Shown: positions 35,691-48,289 of the stretch, one piece after another
Layout of the letters: each line of letters opens with the position of its first letter
How positions within the stretch are numbered: position 1 is the stretch's first letter
Assembly: GCF_018977255.1 (NCBI RefSeq)
Contig: NW_024704743.1
Span: forward strand, 46,130,001 to 46,194,000
DNA length: 64,000 bases
Source of the DNA: Callorhinchus milii
Lineage: Eukaryota
Reading direction: 5' to 3'
The notes under the pieces: generated by a model
Database searches by the model: none
The model's input: the letters and a program-made list of their open reading frames with translations, nothing else
Told to the model about the DNA's origin: nothing
Translations under genes and position numbers: made by a program

Positions 35691-36469
35691 ATCTGTTATG
35701 AAAAACTTGGAAATTTCACCCTCTTTTGTGGCAGAGATTGACCAATGATGCCTTAGCCAATAGCAATACTCACACTTTATATTTATTGCATCAAAATTTG
35801 TCAGAGCCCTTCACATAATGATTTCAGGCCGAGCTGACTCCTATCTTTTAATGGTGCCTCAGTATCATTCATGTGTAAATACACAGGGCTGAAGCTCACT
35901 TTTGAGTGTAGCAACTGTTGTTATTTAAGGCAGCAAATCAGCTAATCTGCACCAGCTCCACCCGATGAGCCTAATTCTAAAATTGTAGTTCTGGTGAAAT
36001 TAGAGGAAGGTTTGTTGGCCAAGAAATGTGCTACCATTTAGTGTTTGCATTTCACACACTGCACAATAAACAAGCCTAAGAGAGAGAGAGAGACTTTTAT
36101 TCCCGTTGTGCTGCACTATACTGTAACACACTTTTTATCTGATTCTAAAGAGAATATTGTAGTGAGAGACGGTGGCTATTGCAAGCTATTAGCATTACAG
36201 ACAGACACAGGCAATTGCAAATGCTTGCTGAATCAAATTTGAATGCACTTGTGTTGTGTTAGATCTGTGTCAGAGAGATTGAGCTCCAGCTAAATTTATT
36301 TACACACGACTGATACTGAAGCAACGTTGCTGTAATTGAAAGATAGGAGTCACTGACCTGCATACAGCTTCTGCAATGATACTCAAAAGCTGTGAATTAT
36401 GAATGCTTGGACTGAATTTATATGAAAGACCAGTTGGAAAAGTGGCGGGTTAAGTAGCTTGAATATTAT

Positions 36470-36882
36470 TCTCCTTTTTCTGTCAATTTCTTTTCCTCCA
36501 AATCTTACTCTCCTGGTGGTGTTTGACACATAATTCCATTTGGTGCACAGTTCCATAGACACCAGTCACCCAGACTTAAGCATGAGCTTTGATGGTGTGT
36601 ATTGGCTGGCATGTTAACCATGTGGGTGAGGGGGTGGGTGAGTATCACAACCAACTATTTCCCCACATGAATGTACATCTTCTAGTTGGGGTCTCTGGAG
36701 TCATTGCAGGAGCAGGATCTCTGTGTGATTCCCCCCACTCCCCATCCTAAACCAAGGACTCAGAAGCCAGTTGTTGCAATCTGACTGAGATCAGTTCCAG
36801 ACTAACTCAGTGGAGACAATCCTGTAACTTTTGGGTCTGCAGTGGTGAACTAGACAATGCCTCTATCCACTAGGCCATTGGA
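36470..36882 (-). mobile_element. SINE-like family 3, most complete copy
   Basis: Minus strand starts with an A-box-like 'tggcctagtgg'; body shared with 17030-17340 and 43330-43625. Confidence 0.55.
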
Positions 36883-37103
36883 GGAAAGACTCAAAGATTT
36901 CTTTAAAAAAAGAAAGTTTCTGGTCACTGATATTGACTTAACCTTTGGATATTTGCCTCTAATTAATCCATGATTGGTCTTATTTAAGTAATCCAAGCAG
37001 GACACGTTCTTCTGACCCTACATACGCCATGCTGACTGGAAGGAGCTGGTCTGAAAATCAATCATTTTGGAACATACCTTCGAGTTGGCATCATGGACTA
37101 TGG

Positions 37104-37315
37104 CAGGGTGGTCCAACTGGCGGGTGGCATCCGCTCAGTTTCGCACACTGCATCATCTCCCTCCATTTTGACTGGCCCACCCACTCCCTCCATAACCTGT
37201 AAATATTATATTATGTGTCTGGAATGGAAACACAAAAATGTTGCTTACGCAGCCCACAGACGTTTCTCAAATTGGGCATCCGGCCCTCAGCAGCCATACA
37301 GTTGGACCCACCCGG
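37104..37315. mobile_element. hAT-type MITE
   Basis: TIRs cagggtggtccaactg / cagttggacccacccgg (CAGGGGTGTCCAAC-type); flanks gactatgg / gtctttgg match 6 of 8 as a decayed TSD. Confidence 0.65.
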
Positions 37316-37385
37316 GTCTTTGGCGTTGCTTAACTCATTTATTAGTTAATGAATCTCATTAAGAACTAACACAAAATATTTAACG

Positions 37386-37992
37386 GTGAGCAGGCAACTG
37401 GATAAAACTGTGAAGAAAGCTGATGGGATCATAGGTTTTATAAATAAGGGCATAAAATGTGTATCCATCATGAGTTATCATACCCAATGTTGGTCTCTGC
37501 AATTAGGAAGAATGTCAGGATTTGGAGAAGGTGTAGAGGAGATTTACAAGGATGCTATCAGGCATGAGTAGTTTGACCTCTGAGCAGAGGCAATGGGAAC
37601 TGATCCAGTTTACCTTGGAACAGAGAAGGATGAGTGGAGGCCTGATAGAGACCTGCCAAAATTATGATAGGGTTAATAGAGTAGATAGGAAGAAATGATT
37701 TCCATTGATCATTGAGGCAGTAACTAGAGGGCATCAATTTAAGAAAGTTAGAAAAGTGGGACCTGAGGAGGGAATTATTTTCAAAGACAATTGTGTGGAT
37801 GACGAATACCCTGATGGAAACAGTGGTTGAGGCAGAATTCAGGGAATCAAATAGATATTTTAAACAATTAATTTCAGGAGTATGGGGAAAGTGCAGGTAA
37901 ATGGACCTGAATAAATTGCTCTTTCAAAGAGTCAGGATAGATACAATGGGCTGAATGACTTTCTTCTTTGTTGTAAAAGTCTATGGTTCTGT
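37386..37992 (+). mobile_element. CR1 LINE 3' portion
   Basis: VKKADGIIGFINKGI, LEQRRMSGGLIE, 'aactagagggcatc' (TRGH) and tail 'gggctgaatgact...tctatggttct'. Confidence 0.85.
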
Positions 37993-40086
37993 GGTAAATT
38001 GACCTCATAGAATGTCACAGCATGGAAACAGACAATTCAGCCCATCAAGATCACATTGGTGATGTTCTCCACTGGAACCACCTCCTCTAAACTCATTTCA
38101 TATACTTGAATACTCTTTATCAAGCATCTTAAGAAATAACTGTTCTTCTGCAAAATATGCTGTAGATTCTTGAACTAGGCTAGATATATGTGACCATGTC
38201 ATTGTAGCTGTTTCAAAAGTTGAGGATATTATGAAGTGTTATCATGTGCTCTGACCACAGTATTTTCTGGTTTTGGACCATTGGTGCTGTTGGCACACAT
38301 CTTGTAACTCACAAAGCGATGTGGCTAAATTGTAGAATTGAGATCTTGTAGAAAGATACCATTCTGAAATCATTTGAATTTAAGTAATAAAATAGATTTT
38401 ATTTTGTGATGAGGCAATTTTTCCACACTAACTGGGAAATGTCAATTGCATTGCTTACCCAGAATTCTCAGTAACAACCACAACAACACAATTACAATTT
38501 GTATAGCGCCTTTCATGTCAGGAGGATGTCCCAAGGCGCTGGACAGCCAGAGTTACGGAACCAGGAAGATATGATGATGACTGTGTGATCACAAAGATTG
38601 TTGTGAGCAGAGAAATAATGAACAGCGTCGGTGAGGAAGCCAAAATGGAAGCGGAGGTGATGGAATGAATCTAAAATAAATGTATTTGTGGTGTGTACAC
38701 TGCAAAGTAAAAAAAGTACTTGCTCTCAATGGATATACCTTAAATGTCTCCATTATAAATATTTACAAGGGAGCTTGATACCATTCTCACCAATGTAATG
38801 CTGAACAAAATTTATCAAACAAAGGCACTGTGTTTTGGTAGTGCTGCATTTTATTTCCTGGTTTGGCCTACTTTAGTTCATGGAACTCGATCATGTGCCT
38901 TTAATGTAAACGGCCGTGAAATAGGATTATAAAGTACTTTGACCCAATTGTTGCAATGATGAGGGAGGGTAAGCTTAGTTGCCTTCGACAGATGATGCAG
39001 TGTGCTAAACGGAGCGTATCTTGACACATTTTGGGAAAGTTTGCCACAAAGTTGAACGCATCCTCTGAATTGGTGAGGAAAAGGCTCAATATCCGTGAAA
39101 AGTGAACGCAGAGGAGGAGAGGCAAGTTCAATGACACAAAGCGGGATCAGTTCAGAATTGCATGGAGGGGGAGAAATCCATATCTCTCACTAATCTCACT
39201 TCAATAGAGGTACAATTATTTTTGTTTTCTCTCAGAGCAAATGGAAGGAGTTTGTTGCTATAGCAGATAGAGCAGATCAAAGACATCTTTATGAGACTCT
39301 TCCATTTGCAACAATAGAACTCCTGCAACCACGTTATGACCTTGTATTGGCATTTGGTGCATTATTAGGCTGGGATAACATGTCGGGACAGTCTTCAGGT
39401 GGGCTGCAAAGCTGTGGGTTCAAACCCCATGTTGCAAATTGAGCTGATCATCCAGGCTTACTGGTCTAGGCTCAGTGCAGTACAGGAGCAGGATTGTCAG
39501 AAGTGCAATCCTTTAGATAAGATATTAAACTGAGGCTCTCTTTATCTGTTCAGATGGATATGAAATATTCCATGGTATCATTTTTCACAGTGTTACAGTG
39601 TTCGGAATATCAGTGCCTGGAAGCTGGAATGTCTAATTGCAGCGAGTACAGTATGACTGAAGGTACAATATTCATTGCGTCCCAGTTGCACTGGCATTTT
39701 ACTTATAATAAATGCTTGAGAGGTTAGCAGAACAATGGCTTGAGACAAGTTGTACGAAGCTTGAACATTTTTATTTGATAAAACAACAGTCAGACTTGTG
39801 CAGTAGCCCAGACATATATTGCACTAACAACCAGAGTAGCTGATTCTGCTAGCCTGGGATTATGGTCAGGGTTGCTCTTGACTTCCTTCCCCCATTCCAG
39901 AAACAAAAAGTCTCTCCACAGCTCCTCCCCTATACAGACTTCAGACCATCCAGACCTCTGAAGTCCTTCTCTCTTGCACTAGACTCCATGAGCCTTTCTC
40001 CTTCATCCTCTCTCAGCTCCACTGGGTCTGCACCCATCTGTGTATTGTATTCAAGATTTTTATCTTCACTTTCAAATGCTACAGCC

Positions 40087-40414
40087 GTGGAGTCCTGTAG
40101 CTCAGTGGTTAAAGCACTCGCTTTGCAAGTGAGAGACCTGAGTTCAATTCCAGGCAGAGGACGAAACCTTGGGCAAGTTTCCTTACTCCACATGCCTCAT
40201 AATAATCCCTCCAAAAACCAAAAACAATAATTAAAATTGGTCATTTTCAATCTACGACTGTTTGTGGGACATTGCTGTGCGCAATTGGCTGCCGCGTTCG
40301 CCCACAAATATACAGTCAATTCACTTTACAGTGTCTTCTGTGAAGCGCTTTGGGACGTCCTCCCGACGTGAAAAGCGCTATATCAAATGCAAGGATTATT
40401 ATTATTATTATTAT
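40087..40414 (+). mobile_element. SINE family 1 short (young) form with TSD
   Basis: Intact A/B boxes, TGC anticodon arm and (ATT)n tail; TSD tacagcc at 40080-40086 and 40415-40421. Confidence 0.92.
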
Positions 40415-41849
40415 TACAGCCTCACCCCACACTAGTTTGTGATTCCTGCAACCCCACCGATCTGGGCACTCCCTCAACTCAGCAAACACTGCCTGCTCCC
40501 CCTCACCATTGGCGGGCAAGCTTTCAGCCATTCTCTGGCACCTTTCTCCATCCCTCTCTCCCCACCTTCTTTGACTATGTTTCCAGACATCTACCCTTCC
40601 CCCATCGTTCTTCAATGTGTAACATGAAAGACACTGTATATTGTAAAATGCTGTGTTATGCTGCGCTGCAGTGACTTCATCATTTTATTTTGTATATCGA
40701 AGGAGATGGAATGAGTGGCAAGGAATATTATATCACAGCCTTACTTTGTATGTATGAAGCACACATTTATCTATTTTCACATAAACAAAGTGTTTTAAAT
40801 GTAAAGTCAATGTCACACACAGCTGGATGACTTGCTGCCGCCTTACCAGATCCTGGACAACACCCGTGAGGTTTTTTTTAACCTTCTGGCATCGGAGAAT
40901 CTTTTTACTCGCTCCAACATCGGGAAATCAGAAGAGGCATTATTAATGTGCTTTGCTTCCTTTTTTGCAGGCTATTGATTTCCCTGTTGTCTGTTTAACC
41001 TTGAGCAATTGTTTATTTCAACTTCATTACTATTTAATAAAAGTTATTTGAAGCTTTGATTTCTTTCACCAAATCCTTGGGTCTACTTCTGATACGTTCC
41101 CACTATGGTCCAGCTCTGTTTTATTATCACCAATAACTTTAGCCCAAATTTTGGCCAGTAACAGCTTGCTTCAACCTGTGCATCTGTATTTAAGGAATTG
41201 TATTAAGACATGTTTTGAAATCCTCCCGTCCACCCCCACCCATGGCGTTTTGCTCACTAAACACATACAGCCATGCCACTGAATGGCATATAGCGTGAAG
41301 TGCTTTAAAATGTCTCAATGGTCTGATAAGGCACTAAATTAAATGCAAGGATTATTATTTATTTATTACTTTGAATTATGCTCGTATCCAAACTGAGAAA
41401 CCTTGCGATAATGAACACTATGTACCCATCCCGATTAAAGGAGATCATTTTTAAGCCACCAAAATGTTTTCTCCAAGTTCACTCAGGAAATAGTGGCCTG
41501 ACTCAGTCCACTCTGTGTTAGGGCAATATCCCGTGAATAAACCTTTCTTAAGCTTGGAAATTTTGATTTAGATCAGCAGATATTTCTGGAGCAAACTGTT
41601 TTTATTAAGTGGGTGTGGGCTCTAACACTATTTAGAAGTGGGAGAGGGTGGGAGATAGGGAATATTTACAGAATGTGTTTTGGGACCGTGCAAGTTTGAC
41701 CCTCATGCATGGAATAGTCTTTTCTTATATGTGGTTAGGCCTCACTTTATTTCTTGTTTATTGTGGCATCTTTCTTTGTGATTTTATTTTTAAACAATAA
41801 ATCCCTCCCCCAGCACCTGCCTGTGGCTTATCAAAAATTTCAAGGTGAC

Positions 41850-42160
41850 ACTCGCCGAGGGACAGTAGCGATTCCCTTAGAAGCCACAGCAAAATGAGAC
41901 TATGCACACAATGTACCCATCATCCTTAACTATTACAAGGTACTGTGCCAGAGCATGTGACAATTGTGTCCAATTAGCCTTAAGAAAAGTGATTGTAGGT
42001 GATGACCTGCTGCTTCTTCCTGGCAGCAGTGTGATCGTGTTCTGGCACTATCCCTGGCTTCTTGGCTTTCCACCATCAGTGTGTCGATGATCGCTTTTGA
42101 CAGGTCGAAGGTAATACCGCAACAGCGTTGCCATGCCTTGCAGCACACGATAGCAGATTA
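41850..42160 (-). mobile_element. Decayed non-LTR reverse transcriptase fragment
   Basis: Minus strand gives TFDLSKAIIDT (cf. DLSKAFD), then VIVKDDG...CPS in the expected order. Confidence 0.35.
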
Positions 42161-42887
42161 TTCACAATCCTTCAAGAGAATTAGGTGCTGCGCACAAGGT
42201 AAGGTACAATGGGAGTGCGGTTGGCGCGCAGTGCACCTTTGCATTGGAAATGTGGTGCAAAATGCGACAGACAGCAAAGCAGGAGTACAGAGGATGGCGT
42301 TTGAATACAGCATTGTGCTCAATTATCTTGGATATAGTGCTTCTCTGTTGTCAGTGGTTTGCCTTAATATGACACAGGCATCTTGAATTCCACAGCATGG
42401 CTGAAATGGCAGAATTCCAGTAACAAACCAGATACTGGATACTGGGAAGCATGTCCAAAATACTCACGTATTCAAATAGAAAATGTTTTGACAACTGCAT
42501 CATCTTACATCACAAATTCTTTGGGGAGAAAAATTGCATATTTAATCTGACGTTTATCTCAGGGCTTAAAAATGCTGTTAAAATATAACCTTCAATGCCA
42601 AGTTTAGGACTGAACATTCCCTTAATTTGGGAGAATAGTTTCACCGTTCACCAGTGAGCGATGGGTTTTTAGCCACTCTTGTTCTTGACCATGGGAGCAG
42701 CTTAAATACTGCTTCACAACATACCAGCTTGCTTGCTACCTAAAGCAATGTCACCAGGATTGAATCCTAATAATACTTACAATTTTTGTTATTCCTCTTT
42801 CATGTCTGAAGGACGTCTCAAGGCGCTTCACGGGATTTTACCATAAAGTGGAGGGACTGTTGTGGATAAACGCTGCAGCAATAGCAG

Positions 42888-43282
42888 TAATCCTGACATT
42901 TGATTTAGTGCTTTCACATCTCAAAGCGCTTCACTGGTTTCACTGTAAAATGCAGAGATTGTGCATTTTTTAGGTGAAGATTCCACCCAGTTGGCCCATA
43001 GCAATATGCCCCAGACATCCATGAAATGAATGACCAGTTTTACTTGAAGGAGGATTGTTGGCCCCATTAGGAAGAAGAAACTTCCTTCTTTTTTTGAGTG
43101 GATCTTTAACATCGACCTGAACAGACAGATGGGACCTTGATTTAATGTCTCACCTGAAGGATGATACCTCTGATATTACAGCACACCCCCAGTACTGCAC
43201 TGGAGTGCCATCTTAAACTATGTGAGTTCCAAGTCTTGAGATGGGGCTTAAACCCACAACCTTCTGACTCTGAGGCGAGAGT
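42888..43282 (-). mobile_element. SINE family 2 (Deu-domain)
   Basis: Deu-like core 'gatctttaacatcgacctgaacagacagatgggacc' and head 'ccacaaccttctgactctgaggcgagag'. Confidence 0.75.
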
Positions 43283-44749
43283 TTTGCACGATGTGGGTGT
43301 TTTTTTTTGTCTGATAAATAATGTGTCTAATTATTTTTCTTATTTTGTCCACACTGGCATATTCCTCTCTACTATTGGTCTGGCCTCCTGTTGATGAGGT
43401 GTGGGTGCACAGAATCTGGTTCCCCTCAGTGTGAGTCTTGGCGGCAAGTATCAACACCAAGCCTAAATTTTCCTCATCCAGCTACAACGCCAGCACACAA
43501 CCAGTAGACGGAGCTATAAAGGGACAAGGAGCAGGCATCCTGGCCGTTTTCCCTCTCCCTAATTTGGGGAAGGCCAGCATCAATTTAACCTCCCAATGCA
43601 ACCCTTACCTGTTTATACCAAGGTATGATATAATTGCCTGGAGTGTCATTTTTTAAAGTGTCAATTACTCAGATCCTTCCTCAATAATGCACAAAACTGC
43701 ATCATCCGGGAAATTAGTTAGAGACTCCTCTTGTCAATGCCCTTTTAGATAGCTACCAGTTGGATTGACTTACCCTCCAGTTTTGCCTCTCTTTATGAAG
43801 AAAGGTATTTTGTTTAGACTCAGCATGTCTGAAGATGATGCCACTGAAATGAAGTCTTCACTGCGTAGAAAATTGTGGCTTTGAACCTTTGTCCTTTTAC
43901 CACTTTGCCTCCTTTCAAACATCAAGTATCAGAACAAATTGGCTGCCACATTCACCCACAAAACACAGTCACTGCACATTACAGTATATCCGATGAAGTG
44001 CTTTGGGACCACAGCTGCAACTTACATTTACATAGCGCCCTTCACACGGGGTAGCATCCCGGAGTTTTAGCATCCTCCCTTTGTGAAAGGCACTATGAAT
44101 GTAAGGATTATTATTATTAATAATATTATTATTATCTCCTAGATACTTGACTATTCAACTATGGTTTCTTTCTGCTCTAAATTTGTTTCACATTTCTTTC
44201 TCAAGAGCTGGCCATTTAATTAAGTATTTTGAGACATTGTTTTATGCAAATGTAGCGATGTAACTGCAAATAAAGTTGTGGGTTTTATTATGGCAGACAC
44301 GTATGCACACCAATACTATAAATGACAATTAATACAGTCATTATTTATTAAACCCCAACATACACACTCAGTAATTATGTGATAGACACTTTGACAGTAA
44401 ATCTTCACTGTATAAGAAAGGTTCCTGAATAGGACTTATTGATTAATGGATTACCTAATGTTGCTTCTTTTTGTTCCATAAATTATGTTTAAAGATACCC
44501 TGACTATTCTTTTGGGCTCATCTGTGATTAGCAAGGCTTCATTAGTGAGCAGAATCTCTGCTTTTGTGTTATTGTGATTTCTTACATTCTTGTCACAAAA
44601 AAAACTCTACTTTTTTTTATATCCCTGTGCAAATATTTGGACAGCCCAAATGTAGTTCAGGAACTTCATGAGGGAAGGGTGGCTGTTATTAGCTAAGGAG
44701 TAGCTTCGTGACAATCAACTTTTGTAGATAATGTGGCTGCTGAAGTTCT

Positions 44750-45100
44750 ATAATTGGTTGTTGGCCTGGTTTCTGTTGGATGCATTCTTGTCCCTGATTC
44801 AGAAGGCTGTGGGTTCAAGGCCCAAACTGGGACTTTGAGCTCATGTAGTCTCAGGTGATACTTCAATGCAGGATTTACTGTAAAGTGTCAGCCTAGCTCA
44901 GTTCACAGCATTCTTGTCTCTGAGTAAGAACATTTTGGGTTTAAGACCACATTGGGACTGTGAACCCACAGTCCAGGATGACACTCCAACTCAGTGTTGG
45001 GGGTAAACTGCATTATTAGTGGTATTGGCCTTCAGATGAGTTGTTAAACTGAGGTCCCGTTTGCCTGTTTGGGTGAACGTGAAAGATCTCATGCCGCTTC
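44750..45100 (+). mobile_element. Two tandem SINE family 2 5' halves
   Basis: Heads at about 44750-44870 and from 44885 ('gtcagcctagctcagtt'), with Deu-like core to about 45100. Confidence 0.65.
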
Positions 45101-45671
45101 TTAGTGTCTTCTAATCTTGTTCTGGCTGTTTCTCATATGAGAATGGTGTAGAATGTTGGGTCACTATAAAATATATAGCAGTTATTACAGAATCAATAGT
45201 AAAAGACAGGTTACCCATCACTATGTGTTATGCACATTTTAGGTCAAAATAATAGAAATGGGATTGGGCCATTCAGTTTGTCAAGCCTATTCCACTATTT
45301 TATTAGATTATGGCAGATCTTGCAATTTTTTAACTCTACTTTTTTTTATATCCCTTAATACCTTTATTTCCAAAGTGCTGTATCTATCAATCTTCCTTTT
45401 ATAAAAAATCTCAATCGATTTCTCATTTACAGTCTTCCAGAACTATCCCCTCCACATTCCCAAACACTGTGTGTGAAGAAATGTTCTCTAAATTTTGTGT
45501 ATCTCAATTTATCTGACTAAATGTCAGAAAACAGTATTTCTTTCTTTCTCTCCCCCCCTCCCCATAGTACATCTTTGAGAGAACCTGAGTTAAGAAGAGT
45601 ATTTGTGAGATTTTATACTACCTTGCTCACACTATTTCAAGGCTTCAATATGTAACTGTAAAGTGTAACCG

Positions 45672-45845
45672 TCTCTTCAACCGTGCCTTCAGCTCCCCTC
45701 TCGACTCTCTACCCCCTCCTCCCTCCCTCCCTTCCCTCCCCTCACCCGGACCATTTCCCCCCTGCTCGGGTCCCGACCCAATTGTCCAGCGCTTTGGGAC
45801 GTCCTCCCGACGTGAAAGGCGCTCTATAAATGAAATCTTGTTGTG
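45672..45845 (+). mobile_element. Young L2 3' UTR/tail
   Basis: Near-identical to 53045-53210. Confidence 0.9.
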
Positions 45846-46242
45846 TTATTGTAATAATTTAAATTGGAATGAAACAATGTGTTGAGATTCCTATTTCATT
45901 AACAATCATTGGATGTGCTTACAATGGATCTTATAAGTTAAAGCAAAATGATCAAATCCAAATCCTTGGTGCTCTTAAAAATGTCTAGATGCTAGTTGAG
46001 GTTTATCTTAATGAGACTTCTCAATAAAAGATCCTGCTATAAGAATTCCTTTCAAACCCCTGGAAGTAAGACATAGTACTGCATATGTGATGTACTTCCT
46101 GTTACCAGAAAGGGCCCTATTTTGAAACACTTGAATTACTGTACTTATTAAGAAATTTTGTTAAAAACAATAATAATCTTTGGATTTTATACAACACCTC
46201 ATCACTTTGTTGAAAGGTCTCAAAGTAGATTTACTGTAAATT

Positions 46243-46698
46243 GTCAGCCTGCCTCAGTTTGGCAGCTACTCTCGTCACTGAGTAAGAAAGTTGTGGGTTC
46301 AATCCCCCACGTTTGAACTTTGAGCTTACAATCTAAACTGACACTACATTGTTGTGTTGGGGGATCGTTGTGTTGTTGGAGTTGCCATCCTTTGGATGAG
46401 ATGTTAAACCGAGGACCCGTCTGCCTGTTCAGGTGGATGTTAATGATCCCATGGCTACTTGAAAAGAGAAGGCAGTTTCTTCCGGTGTCCTGGCCAACAA
46501 TCCCCCAAGTAAAATCTCGAAGACATGATAAGGTGTTATATCAAATGTAAGGATCATTATTATTATTCATTTGCTCCATGGCTGTCTGTGTGCAAATTGG
46601 CTACTGCATTTGCCTCCAAAACACACAATCACTACAAAATCTTGTGAAACCCTTTGAGGTGTGATAAGGCGATATATTAAATGCAAGGATTATTATTA
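46243..46698 (+). mobile_element. SINE family 2 (Deu-domain) with an extra internal tail
   Basis: 'ggatgagatgttaaaccgaggacccgtctgcctgttcaggtggatgttaatgatcccatgg...ccggtgtcctggccaa' matches the Deu domain as I recall it from AmnSINE1/SacSINE1. Confidence 0.8.
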
Positions 46699-47743
46699 AG
46701 TGTAGTGACTGTGTACGTATAGGCCAATGTCTATATAGCAAAGAAGAAATCTAGCAAATGAAACCCCATTGATTTGTCAGATCCCTTGTCAGCTGAATGT
46801 GTAACCTGTCTGGCAGCAGCCAACCTTGGCACACACTGATTGCTGCTGGTGATGTATTGCTTTGGGATCCCATTTCCTGACGTCAGCTTGCACTAAAGTG
46901 CACTAACGTGCAGCAAAGAAATAATATCTCTGGGTATTATGGTGCATGGCATGAGCTGTAAAGCAGAAAAGTAATTGTCAGACCTTTTAACTGCATAGGT
47001 TTTACTCTGAAATTAACCTTTTTTGTGAATCTATGGAAACCTCTTCCCTCACCATTTAGGAAGGAATAAAACGCAGGAAATTTGCCAAAAGCAAATTACT
47101 GCTTTGATACTATTTTTGACCAGTTGATACTTAATTAAATCATTAGTGCTAAAATACAAGCTCTCAACATTTATTGCAATGAAATGGTTGCTACCTCTCC
47201 TGACTCTCCTCTCCCTATCACCCCTGTGAACTCCTTGATCCTTCCCCTTGGCTTTTACCCATCCCAAGCACAGACTCAATGAACCAAATGGCATCCTTGT
47301 GTGCTGTAAATTTCTATGGTTGAATCAACCTCTAAAATGTCTGCACCTATTCAAACAGAGCTCTCTGCCTTGCCCGCTCTTTCCCATCTTCAGATCATGA
47401 CTGATACCTTCCTCTTCAACTGTGCTTACCGTCACCTCCCCGCCACGGAAACTACCTAGAGTTGTGTGACATTTGTCTCCCATCCCTGAACTGTATGACC
47501 TGGATAGAATGCACCATGGGAATTTCAGTTTAAAGCAATAGTTTTAACTGCACGGTGATTCAGTGCTGATTGATTTTCCAATTGTAGAATTGGATTTAGT
47601 GCCAATTGTTTAATCAGCACGTGCTTTATCTTAAGTGAAAGGTTAATGTGTTGGAGAATTAGCTGTGCTATACAATTCCTGTGTTCATTAAAAGTGTTTA
47701 TCTCATCGCTAATGTGTTGATGGGAATAAATTACACATTTGGA

Positions 47744-47783
47744 CATTGTGAAATACTCTTGAGCATTGTGAAATACTCTTGAG
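47744..47783. repeat. Perfect 20-bp tandem duplication
   Basis: cattgtgaaatactcttgag occurs twice in tandem. Confidence 0.95.
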
Positions 47784-48289
47784 GTGCTTGTTTATATATG
47801 TAAAAAAAAATTAATATGCATTTCTAATATAAATATTGCTGTAATGTAATTGGAATAATTCGTAAAACTACATTTTCTATTTGGTGCCAGTGTCTTTCTT
47901 GAGGCTTTGGAAGGTCTGCTTTATGTGATGAGTTAATCCATCATTCGTACCTTTCATGAATTCTGAATTTGGATGATTCAAGGTTGCTAATCTTGGCTGC
48001 TGGGCAATGAGAACCTTCACAGTGGTGGAATTTGTTTTTTCTTTTGTGCTTTGATGGTTTAAGTGCCACTTAATCACACTTTGCTGTCCCATTATACACC
48101 AGGTCTCCTCCACTCTAACAGTTGTCCTGCACACAGGACAACCTGTGTACAGGATAACTCCACCGTGTAGAATGTAGCACCAACATGAAATGGAAACTTA
48201 ACATAAAGACAGTCAGCAATATTAATACTGCTCCAATCAAACGAGAGCCCCAAAATTCTCAATATCTTATATCAATATCTTAACCTTAA

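Noticed and set aside
39236..39398. Strong acceptor followed by an open frame (SKWKEFVAIAD...)
   Set aside because: The frame runs into an old family 2 SINE, the donor is weak and there is no recognisable homology.
42104..42198. Plus-strand exon candidate with AAG/gtaagg donor
   Set aside because: Overlaps an antisense RT-like relic (DLSKA motif) and the peptide is uninformative.
43773..43860. Minus-strand 88-nt exon-like segment and a CTGAAGA...GAAA hammerhead-like string
   Set aside because: Phase is incompatible with the other minus-strand candidates, and there is no convincing stem II.
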